Shown here: positions 56,338-64,000 of the stretch, in pieces
How positions within the stretch are numbered: the stretch's first letter is position 1
Layout of the letters: the number at the start of each line of letters is the position of its first letter
Origin: an uncultured Candidatus Saccharibacteria bacterium
Lineage (GTDB): Bacteria; Patescibacteriota; Minisyncoccia; Phycocordibacterales; UBA12088
Assembly (NCBI GenBank): GCA_964411375.1
Contig: CAYPKR010000002.1
Location: 64,894-128,893, forward strand
Length of the DNA: 64,000 nt
Direction: 5' to 3'
Notes under the pieces: generated by a model
What the model was told of the DNA's origin: nothing
Databases searched by the model: none
What the model saw: only the letters and a program-made list of their open reading frames with translations
Position numbers and translations under genes: made by a program

Positions 56338-57642
56338 TTACGGACAAATTTGGGTGCGTTCGATCTTGACGCCAATTTTTTGGAGCCGATTTTCAATGTC
56401 GGCATATCCGCGATCTATATGATATGCATTATTGATCGTTGAGCTTCCTTTTGCAACAATCGCGGCAAGCAGAAACGCGAGACCGGCACGAATATCGGGA
56501 CCATCCACTTCCCTTCCTTCAAGTATCGTCGGACCTTTGACGGTTACGCGATGCGCATCCCATTGATGAATATCTGCACCCATGTGGATTAATTGTTCTA
56601 CATAATTAAGGCGGCTTTCATAAATAGTTTCAAAGACAAGCCCTTCTCCGGTTGATTGTGTCAAAAAGACGAGGGTCGGCGCTTGCACATCGGTCGGGAA
56701 GCCTGGGTATTCGTGCGTCTTAATATTGAATGATTTGAATTGGCTATTTGGAATTTTTCCGTTGCCACTAATTTTCACAAAATTCTTCCCTACTTCGATT
56801 GGCACACCGGCTCCTCGAAGCATCGCAATCGTGATTTCTGCGTGCGAAGGATTGCAATTCGTAATCATAAGTTCGTCTGCAGCAAGTGCACCGAGTACCA
56901 AGAAACTCCCGAGCTCAATGCGATCAGGAATAATCGCATACGACTTCCCTTCTGCACGAAGTAGATTGTCACCGACAATAGTGATTGTTGGCGTTCCAAG
57001 TCCGGTAATTTTTGCGCCACACGTATTTAAAAATTCTCCAAGATCAGAAATCTCCGGTTCCATCGCGGCGTTTCGTAGTGTAGTGACTCCCTCTGCAAGA
57101 ACGGCAGCGAGCATCAGAGATTCGGTCGCGGTAACGCTCGGCACCATGAAAAAAATATCAGCGCCGCGGAGTTTTCCACCTTTTGCTTCAATCACGTACT
57201 GCTGATTCACTTCATGAACCGACGCTCCCATTTGTTCGTACGCGCTGGTGAAAAAATCAATTGGTCGTTTGCCGATAAGATCACCGCCCGGATGCGGAAA
57301 TGACACTTTGCCGAAGCGTGCGAGTAGCGGTCCCGTGAGCACGATTGATGCGCGCATTCGCTTCGCCGATTCTTCTGCGATCGTTGTGTCAGATACAGTG
57401 GATGTATTGATCTCCACTGTACCTTCTGCTCGTTTTGTAATCGCGCCGAGCTTTTCAAGTATTTCTTCCATTCGAATAACATCTTCAATCGATGGAACAT
57501 TCGTGAGCGTGAGCGTGTCTTCAAAAATGAGCGAAGCCGCAATCGCAGGGAGCACTGAATTTTTTGCGCCGCCGATCTCAATCGTGCCCGAAAGCGTTTT
57601 TTCTCCTGCCAGTCCCATTATATGGAATGATTCTTTATCCAT
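56338..57642 (-). CDS. murA: UDP-N-acetylglucosamine 1-carboxyvinyltransferase
   Basis: GGAKNSVLPAIAASL N-terminus and the catalytic Cys region. 434 aa. Confidence 0.95.
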   Translation of the reverse strand: MDKESFHIMGLAGEKTLSGTIEIGGAKNSVLPAIAASLIFEDTLTLTNVPSIEDVIRMEEILEKLGAITKRAEGTVEINTSTVSDTTIAEESAKRMRASIVLTGPLLARFGKVSFPHPGGDLIGKRPIDFFTSAYEQMGASVHEVNQQYVIEAKGGKLRGADIFFMVPSVTATESLMLAAVLAEGVTTLRNAAMEPEISDLGEFLNTCGAKITGLGTPTITIVGDNLLRAEGKSYAIIPDRIELGSFLVLGALAADELMITNCNPSHAEITIAMLRGAGVPIEVGKNFVKISGNGKIPNSQFKSFNIKTHEYPGFPTDVQAPTLVFLTQSTGEGLVFETIYESRLNYVEQLIHMGADIHQWDAHRVTVKGPTILEGREVDGPDIRAGLAFLLAAIVAKGSSTINNAYHIDRGYADIENRLQKIGVKIERTQICP

Positions 57643-57694
57643 AGATAGGAGCTATTGTACGTTTTTCGAGATTGACTGCCTAATCCCCAACAAA

Positions 57695-57723
57695 TTGTTC
57701 AGCTCAAAAAAACCTGGTATGGT
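57695..57723 (+). promoter_or_regulatory. candidate promoter TTGTTC-N17-TATGGT with an extended TG
   Basis: Upstream of the ORF-free structured region. Confidence 0.3.
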
Positions 57724-57730
57724 GATTAGG

Positions 57731-58020
57731 TAGATGGCATCCCCAGCCCGGGGATGCGGAAATCGGAGGGCGTCCACAAATGCGTGGACATGAGTCGTAT
57801 CACAGCGAGACCCACCTCCTTTCGCAGACCATGAGGGATATCGGACTGCGCGTGCGCGACCCCGCTTTGCCGACAGAACTTTTCGACCGAATGCTCTTGC
57901 GACCCAGTTGATGTTTCGGTGGGCTACGTCTAGCTCACTGAAATATCAAATACACCAGTAGGCCTACGGCCTCACCCCTGCAGAGCTCATTGAGATCTGC
58001 AGGGGTTCTTACTTTTTTAA
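57731..58020 (+). ncRNA. candidate ~290-nt structured ncRNA ending in an intrinsic terminator (class unassigned)
   Basis: GC-rich, ORF-free and rich in helices (gcatcccc/ggggatgc, gtccac/gtggac, cgcgtgcgcg). The terminator is cccctgcaga...tctgcagggg-ttcttactttttt at 57975-58020. Confidence 0.35.
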
Positions 58021-58065
58021 AAAGGTAATGCCGGACGAGACATTTGGTCTCGTCCGGCGTTTAGG

Positions 58066-58632
58066 TCAGGTTGCCAAGTGCGCGACCGAACTCGACTCAA
58101 GCAATCTGCGGATTCGATCAATCAGGGTCGGCTTCCCCGAACGTGGCGGAATCCCGCAGGTCACCAGGTATCCATAGAATGGCACACACACAAGAGCAAG
58201 TCCCGTAGATAGCACAAATAAAAATTGCGAACCTAGCCCGCGGGAGAACAGAATACAAATGCTCAAGCTGAAAAAACTAACAACACAAAAGAGCATCAGC
58301 CAAAAACAAACAACTCGCATTTCCAAAGATTCCCTATATGTTCTTATTGTTGTGCTAGGCGAATATCTTGCGAGGTATGATTCCTGTTCGTATTTGAATG
58401 TCCGGAAATATGAAACGACGGCGCAAAGAATCGGACAAAATAGAAACGCTGTTCCGCCCGCATTGATTTTCAGCCATACAATAAGGCCTCCGAGGAATAG
58501 AAGCGCTGCAAGTGACACCATGCAGAGACCTCGCGTAATTTGGTATGAATTGATACCAAAATGGCGGAAAGCCCAGTCACTCACATTTTGATGCCATTGC
58601 TGAAGCAGATTGTCGCATCTCACGAAAGTCAT
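58066..58632 (-). CDS. membrane protein of unknown function (about 4 TM)
   Basis: 188 aa with hydrophobic helices. No motif recognised. Confidence 0.5.
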   Translation of the reverse strand: MTFVRCDNLLQQWHQNVSDWAFRHFGINSYQITRGLCMVSLAALLFLGGLIVWLKINAGGTAFLFCPILCAVVSYFRTFKYEQESYLARYSPSTTIRTYRESLEMRVVCFWLMLFCVVSFFSLSICILFSRGLGSQFLFVLSTGLALVCVPFYGYLVTCGIPPRSGKPTLIDRIRRLLESSSVAHLAT

Positions 58633-58719
58633 GGATCGTTTCCTTTCTCGCAGAATAGGACATTCTAAAAATGTTGTAGCACGAAAAATGAATTTGTCCA
58701 GAATGGTATACTGCCTCCT

Positions 58720-60621
58720 ATGCGATTACTGAAAGTCTATCCAATTCAGCGTGGGATTCCGAAGGATGCACTTTCGTATTTCACGGGAGAAAAAATTGAA
58801 GCAGGTGCGGTTATTTCAGTACCACTTCGAAACAAGACAACGGCTGCGGTCGTCACGAGTGTCGAAGAAGTTGCGGAAGCAAAGACAGAAATTCGAAAGT
58901 CAGATTTTACACTTAGAAAAATTGCACCGAAAGCACCGAAGTATCTTCTCTATAGCTCGTACATTCGTGCAATTGTTCGTGCGAGTGAATATTATGCCGC
59001 AACTCCGGGAGCACTTCTTGCACAAACAATTCCACGAACACTTTTTATTGATCCCACAAAGCTCGCAACTCCTAAACCAATTCGCACTACTCCGGGAGTA
59101 CAAGAAACAACCTCAGAAAAATTGGTATTCCAAGGAGACAACATTGAGCGACTTGAGCATCACAAAAATTTGGTACGTGAAGAATTCGCGAGTCGAAAGT
59201 CAGTATTTATTTTGGTTCCGACGATTCAAGACGGCGAGCGACTGTATGCATTTTTATCGCGCGGCATTCCGCAATTTACCTATTTACTCCATTCTGGTCT
59301 TTCGGAACGAGAAGCAAGGACGCGGTGGAACAAAGCGGTGACTGATCCACATCCGATTGTGATAATCGGCACTGGCTCGTTTCTTTCGCTCCCGCGATAT
59401 GACCTCGGCACTATCATTGTCGAGCGAGAAAATAGTTCAGCATATAAATCAATCTATCGCCCGTTTGCCGATATGCGTGTGATTGCAGAGCGACTTGCGG
59501 AAGAAATGCATGTGCGCCTGATTTTCGCTGATTCACCGCTTTCAGTTTCCAGCATGTATCGCGTGGGAGAAAATGATCTCGATCTTCGAAGCGCATCGAG
59601 ATCGAGAAGTATTTCAGTGGCAGATACATTTCTGATCGATATGCGTGAAGAAAAACCAAAGCATAAATCAGAAAAATTTGTCGTACTCGGAAAACAGTTG
59701 TTACAAGAAATGGCAAAATCCCTCGCCGCGCATGAAAATATTTTTCTCTTCACTGCGCGTCGCGGACTCTCTCCCATCACCGTATGCGAAGATTGTGGTA
59801 ATGCCGTTCTCTGCGATATCACCAAAACTCCCGTCATTCTCCATAAAGGTCCGAAAGGAAATGTGTTTGTCTGTCATTCCTGTGGCGCGATGCGTCCTGC
59901 AGATGAGCGGTGTCGCACCTGTGGATCGTGGAAACTTCAAACACTTGGTATCGGTAGTGAGCTTGTTGAAGAAATTGTGCGAGAAATATTTCCAGATGCG
60001 CCGATCTTTGTAATCGACAAAGATAAAACCAAGACACATCGAGAGGCGGTGAAAGTCGCGGAAAAGTTTGCAAACTCGCGTGGAGCAATTCTCCTTGGAA
60101 CCGAAATGGCGCTTTCCTATCTTCCTGAATCAGTTCCAACAATTGGGATTGTATCGATCGATTCCCTGCTCTCGCTTCCCGAGTGGAATGCGTACGAGCG
60201 AGTTTTCGGCATTCTTATACGACTGCGCAGTACCGCTGGAAACAAACTGATCGTACAGTCGAGAAAAACTGAATCAGAAGTTCTCGATCATGCACTGAAA
60301 GGCGCTCTCAATGATTTCTATCGAAGTGAAATTGATATGCGAAAACAATTTGGCTATCCTCCATTTTCAACGTTCATAAAAATTACCGTCTCGGGAAGCG
60401 CAGCCGTTGTCGAAGAAGAAATGAAAGAAATCGAGCGCGTATTTGCGCCATTTGGACTCTCGGGTCGCTCTCACTTAATGCACACCGGAAAAAACATATA
60501 TATGATGCACGCATTTTTGCGAATCGACCGATCCGAATGGCCAAAAAATGATATCGTGGCGCTCTTAAAAACCTTGCCACCAGACATTACCGTTACGGTT
60601 GACCCAGAAAGCATTTTGTAA
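58720..60621 (+). CDS. priA: primosomal protein N-prime (PriA)-like with degenerate Walker A and B
   Basis: N-terminal 3-prime-DNA-binding domain. Cys-rich zinc region CEDCGN..C..CHSCG..CRTCGS and C-terminal domains are present. The positions of GxGKT and DEEH read QGDNIERLE and ERENS. Confidence 0.75.
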   Translation: MRLLKVYPIQRGIPKDALSYFTGEKIEAGAVISVPLRNKTTAAVVTSVEEVAEAKTEIRKSDFTLRKIAPKAPKYLLYSSYIRAIVRASEYYAATPGALLAQTIPRTLFIDPTKLATPKPIRTTPGVQETTSEKLVFQGDNIERLEHHKNLVREEFASRKSVFILVPTIQDGERLYAFLSRGIPQFTYLLHSGLSEREARTRWNKAVTDPHPIVIIGTGSFLSLPRYDLGTIIVERENSSAYKSIYRPFADMRVIAERLAEEMHVRLIFADSPLSVSSMYRVGENDLDLRSASRSRSISVADTFLIDMREEKPKHKSEKFVVLGKQLLQEMAKSLAAHENIFLFTARRGLSPITVCEDCGNAVLCDITKTPVILHKGPKGNVFVCHSCGAMRPADERCRTCGSWKLQTLGIGSELVEEIVREIFPDAPIFVIDKDKTKTHREAVKVAEKFANSRGAILLGTEMALSYLPESVPTIGIVSIDSLLSLPEWNAYERVFGILIRLRSTAGNKLIVQSRKTESEVLDHALKGALNDFYRSEIDMRKQFGYPPFSTFIKITVSGSAAVVEEEMKEIERVFAPFGLSGRSHLMHTGKNIYMMHAFLRIDRSEWPKNDIVALLKTLPPDITVTVDPESIL

Positions 60622-60675
60622 AATTGATTTTCTTACTCATTTTCCAAAAGCACAAAATCGGCTAGAATCACCTCT

Positions 60676-61215
60676 ATGGCTACAACTATTGTGCAAAAAG
60701 GTAATCCGGTACTCGACAAGCCTGCAGAAGTAGTACCTGTTTCCGAAATCACTTCCCCGAAAATCAAAAAGATTATTGCGGATATGAAAAAAGCGCTTGC
60801 TGGCGAGGCAGATGGTGCTGCGATCGCCGCGCCGCAGATTGGCGTGCCACTTCGAATATTTGTCGTGTCTGGGCGAATTCTTAGGAAAACCGATGACGAA
60901 AATGAAGAAACGCCTCCGGACGTAACATTCATCAATCCAATCATCACCAAACTTTCAAAAACAAAAAAAGCAATGGACGAAGGTTGCTTATCGGTACGCG
61001 GACAATACGGAATGATCGAACGCGCCACCAAAGCAACAGTCAAAGCGTACGACGAATGGGGCAAATCATTTATGCGTGGGGGATCGGGACTGTTAGCGCA
61101 AGTATTTCAACACGAGTGCGATCATCTTGAAGGAATTTTGTTTGTCTCAAAAGCAACCGAAATATGGAAAGTGTCACCACCAGCAAAAGAGCAGTCAGAA
61201 AATTCTTCAAAATAA
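60676..61215 (+). CDS. def: peptide deformylase
   Basis: Motifs GIAAPQIG-like, EGCLS and QHECDHLEG. Confidence 0.95.
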   Translation: MATTIVQKGNPVLDKPAEVVPVSEITSPKIKKIIADMKKALAGEADGAAIAAPQIGVPLRIFVVSGRILRKTDDENEETPPDVTFINPIITKLSKTKKAMDEGCLSVRGQYGMIERATKATVKAYDEWGKSFMRGGSGLLAQVFQHECDHLEGILFVSKATEIWKVSPPAKEQSENSSK

Positions 61216-61219
61216 CACT

Positions 61220-62080
61220 ATGCAACTTCGAATTGTTTTTTTTGGATCTCCCCCACTTGCGCTTGAAACATTAAACGCGCTAAAAGAAGCGAGTCTTTTG
61301 CCGACCTTGATTGTCACTATGCCGGACGCCCCTGAAGGACGACGCGGTGCGAACGTAACCGCACCAGTAAAAGAATGGGCAGAAAAAGAAGAGATTGATG
61401 TTCTTCAACCAACATCAATTGACGACGAAGAATTACAAGAGGCGCTCCAAAACAACGACTGGGATTTGTTTGTTGTTGCCGCGTACGGGATGATTCTTCC
61501 CCAAAGCGTACTCGATATTCCCAAGCATGGTGCGCTGAATGTGCATCCGTCTCTCCTTCCTAAAGATCGCGGCGTGTCGCCATTCATTTCCCAAATTCTT
61601 GCCGATGATCCAACCTGCGGCGTTTCAGTGATTTTGCTTGATGAAAAAATGGATCACGGCCCAATACTCGCGCAAAGTCGCATCGTAATTGATCCGGAAG
61701 ATTGGCCACCGACCGGCGAAGTTCTTGGTAAACTTCTTGCCGAAGCCGGAGGCGAATTACTCTCCGAAACAATTCGTCCGTGGGTCAAGGGTGAAATAAC
61801 ACCGGAAGATCAAGATCATTCAAAAGCGACGTTCACCAAGAAATTTACAAAATCCGATGGCGAGCTAAATCTTTCTGACGATGCCAGGCAAAATTATCTA
61901 AAAATTGCAGCATTCACTCCGTGGCCAGGTACGTATTTTTTTGCAAAACGGAAAAATGGTGACGAGGTACGGGTCAAAATTGCTGATGCAGAATTCAACA
62001 ATGACACGCTCACCATTACGCGTGTCATTCCGGAAGGAAAAAAAGAAATGGCGTACGAAGATTTTCTTCGAGGACTCTAG
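61220..62080 (+). CDS. fmt: methionyl-tRNA formyltransferase
   Basis: IVFFGSP and HPSLLP motifs. The start is at the internal Met just after the def stop. Confidence 0.9.
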   Translation: MQLRIVFFGSPPLALETLNALKEASLLPTLIVTMPDAPEGRRGANVTAPVKEWAEKEEIDVLQPTSIDDEELQEALQNNDWDLFVVAAYGMILPQSVLDIPKHGALNVHPSLLPKDRGVSPFISQILADDPTCGVSVILLDEKMDHGPILAQSRIVIDPEDWPPTGEVLGKLLAEAGGELLSETIRPWVKGEITPEDQDHSKATFTKKFTKSDGELNLSDDARQNYLKIAAFTPWPGTYFFAKRKNGDEVRVKIADAEFNNDTLTITRVIPEGKKEMAYEDFLRGL

Positions 62081-62455
62081 TTACTTCCCTCTGCCAAAGC
62101 CACGAAGGAATTCCTTTACTTTCGCACCGCCCGAGCGGACAAAGCGAAGATTTTTCTTTTTGTCGCGACGTACTTCGCGAATAAGCGCCGCCTGCATTGT
62201 ATCGATTGCGGCTTCGATTGTTTCTGCTTCGGCAGTCGATCGATACATCGCTCCGTCAATCGAGAGATTTACTTCGGCATAATACACTTCTCCTTTCACA
62301 TGGTGGTCGGTGGTTTTGGCAAGTTCTGCCTCACACACTACTTTACTTCCGTCTTTCAGTAATCGTCCGATCGGTTCAAGTCGCTTCTCAAGGTATGTAG
62401 CGGAAGAGCGGTCGTGACTTAGGTTTTTGCTTTTTATCTGTACTGGTAGTTGCAT
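62081..62455 (-). CDS. hpf: ribosome hibernation promoting factor (HPF/RaiA)
   Basis: 124 aa with a typical HPF N-terminus (MQLPVQIKSKNL) and the AIDTM motif. Confidence 0.8.
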   Translation of the reverse strand: MQLPVQIKSKNLSHDRSSATYLEKRLEPIGRLLKDGSKVVCEAELAKTTDHHVKGEVYYAEVNLSIDGAMYRSTAEAETIEAAIDTMQAALIREVRRDKKKNLRFVRSGGAKVKEFLRGFGRGK

Positions 62456-62705
62456 CTACTTTTTTATTAGGCTTAGTAAGGTACTCGTCATTTACAACTA
62501 ACAATTTGTGATCTTCGTTCTTTCCTCCCCAAATTTTGACGGCATGCTTTGGCACAGCGAGATGCTTCGCCATAAGTTCAGTGGTTCGGAGATTTGGATT
62601 GTTGTACGCGATTCTCGGTCGGATAAATAGTTCAAAGTGTGTCTTGCCGACTTGTTTTATCCGCGTGCGCGGGGCATTTTCGGTGACATGTACTCGAATA
62701 TACAT
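62388..62705 (-). CDS. DUF167 (YggU-like) protein
   Basis: DUF167-like core. The 3-prime end overlaps hpf by 68 nt. Confidence 0.55.
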   Translation of the reverse strand: MYIRVHVTENAPRTRIKQVGKTHFELFIRPRIAYNNPNLRTTELMAKHLAVPKHAVKIWGGKNEDHKLLVVNDEYLTKPNKKVDATTSTDKKQKPKSRPLFRYIP

Positions 62706-62731
62706 TGGTACTTCTATTGTAGTACAAAGTC

Positions 62732-63331
62732 CTAGCGCTTCCTATCGTATCTGCCAATAAGTTCAGCGGTTTCAAGGGTTGTACTACCCATTGACGCAAC
62801 TACCTCATCTAGAGTTGGATCTTTTTTGAATTCAAGCATTTGGCTCAGTGCGTAGAGACGGAAGAAATAGCGGTGTTCACGGTCAGGCGGACATGGACCA
62901 GCGTATGCGGCTTTGCCCGCGCCGTTTAGTCCTTGCATTCCCGACGGAGTTGCGTCCTCCCCGATCATCGTCGTTGTTGCCGGCATATTGAACACGACCC
63001 AATGATCAAACTTTTCAATATTTCTACTTTGCTTTACTGAATCAGGAATGTCGGGATCGCTCATGAGAAGCACGAGCGACTTGGTGCCCTCTGGTACATT
63101 ACTAATCTGGAGCGGCGGATTAATTCCTGCGCCGTCACACGTATATTGTTCTGGAATCAATCCATTTGCAGTAAACGCAGAACTGGTTAGTGCAAGCATA
63201 TTGGTTGATGTTGGAGAATTAGTAATAGGATCTTCGGTCATATCTTTTGGCGTTGCTTTTTGCATGAGAAGCACCAATCCACCGATCAGGAGGATAAAAA
63301 TACTGATCAAGAGCGCCTGTCCGAATCGCAT
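62732..63331 (-). CDS. YbhB/YbcL-family PEBP (Raf-kinase-inhibitor-like) protein
   Basis: DPDIP, HWVVFNMP and GPCPP..HRYFFRLYAL motifs. Signal/TM N-terminus. Confidence 0.85.
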   Translation of the reverse strand: MRFGQALLISIFILLIGGLVLLMQKATPKDMTEDPITNSPTSTNMLALTSSAFTANGLIPEQYTCDGAGINPPLQISNVPEGTKSLVLLMSDPDIPDSVKQSRNIEKFDHWVVFNMPATTTMIGEDATPSGMQGLNGAGKAAYAGPCPPDREHRYFFRLYALSQMLEFKKDPTLDEVVASMGSTTLETAELIGRYDRKR

Positions 63332-63446
63332 ATGCGTCAGTATATCATCCGAAAATAAAAATAAGATGAACTTATATCTCTATCTCCCTCAGATACACGA
63401 ACGCGCTCCTCATAAGAGCGCGCTCTTCGTATCAGGTCGGATCATT

Positions 63447-63600
63447 TTAAGGAATGTGGTGTTTGTGTCGATTGAACTGACGCGATCGTGGTCGTCGCAT
63501 CCTGGGCGGCAGCGAGTCCGGCATATCCGGCAATTGCGCCACCGATTAGTATTGCGCCTGCAATGACAGGAAGTGCAGCGAATGTCGGGAGTTTATTCAT
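63447..63600 (-). CDS. possible small secreted or membrane peptide (about 51 aa)
   Basis: MNKLPTFAALPVIAGAILIGGAIAGYAGLAAAQDATTT... Absent from the ORF track because it is under 60 aa. Confidence 0.2.
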
Positions 63601-63740
63601 TCATTTTTCAATTATCCGTTAGTAGTAATGCCTAGCTAGGGTGGAGCAGATTATTATCTTCTCGACTCCATGTATTGGTACAGCGGCAGAGCACTATTAT
63701 TTCATCTGATATACTGGAGTCATCAGATAATTTCCTCGAA

Positions 63741-64000
63741 TGGAACAGCATCCAGGCATCATTACGATCGGCATCACGGTTCTCACAATATTTTTGACGT
63801 TTATAACGGCACTCAAATACGCGATACCGAATGTGTTCGTCCGTACGCGCCTCATCATGTCCTCATTTTTTATCTTTATCGTAATTACCCTTACGATTTC
63901 ATTTTGGCGCTACACCTTCCCCTCACTTCCCTTCACCATTCCTGCATTTACCATGGGAGCATTGATCGGCTGGTCTATCGGCGTGCGCACTGAAAAAGAA
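63741..64000 (+). CDS. membrane protein, 3-prime partial at the window end
   Basis: MEQHPGIITIGITVLTIFLTFITALKY... has TM helices and runs off the window. Preferred over the His/Tyr-rich overlapping frame 63670..63993. Confidence 0.35.

Noticed and set aside
49000-58100. Interpreting the whole GC-rich island as an integrated conjugative or prophage element.
   Set aside because: No integrase, relaxase, transposase, phage structural genes or flanking direct repeats are visible. Core genes (frr, holB-like, murA) are interspersed. Only the individual GC-rich ORFs and RNAs are flagged.
62388-62455. 68-nt overlap between DUF167 and hpf, which could be a frameshift or a mis-start.
   Set aside because: Both proteins have intact family-typical termini. 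The overlap most likely reflects a DUF167 C-terminal tail, so no pseudogene call is warranted.
63670-63993. 107-aa His/Tyr-rich ORF at the window end.
   Set aside because: An overlapping frame starting at 63741 encodes a convincing TM-helix protein that runs off the window. The listed frame looks like a shadow of it.

Overview
This window reads as a low-GC chromosomal segment of a small-genome bacterium, most consistent with Candidate Phyla Radiation/Patescibacteria. That placement is inferred from gene content and a compact ~45% GC background with GC-rich patches; no database search was possible. Both strands are densely packed with housekeeping genes. Six aminoacyl-tRNA synthetases are present: TrpRS, an archaeal-type AspRS, GluRS, CysRS, class I LysRS and a short ProRS. 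There is a fragmented cell-wall/division set: a D-Ala-D-Ala carboxypeptidase, mraY, ftsW, murG and an M23 peptidase, then mraZ-rsmH-ftsL-ftsI with a sulfatase inserted before murF, plus mreBCD-mrdA, murA and a second mreB. Other core genes are scpAB, dnaB, recR, priA-like, def-fmt, frr, hpf, greA, rpmA, rplI, rplU, rseP, ctpA, rmuC and mpg. One tRNA-Glu(CUC) lies in a palindrome-rich non-coding patch. I found no rRNA, CRISPR array, integrase or transposase. The accessory content that stands out is listed here.
- A GC-rich island at about 49.0-58.0 kb holds a TraG/VirD4-family ATPase with an unassigned N-terminal half, tiny Shine-Dalgarno-preceded ORFs, a second MreB and ORF-free structured regions.
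- A 729-aa secreted protein carries four tandem beta-domain repeats and a C-terminal SGNH/GDSL hydrolase domain.
- A eukaryote-type NNMT/PNMT-family methyltransferase sits beside a GAF histidine kinase.
- A GC-anomalous sulfatase sits inside the division cluster.
- Several promoter-to-terminator bounded candidate ncRNAs remain unassigned.
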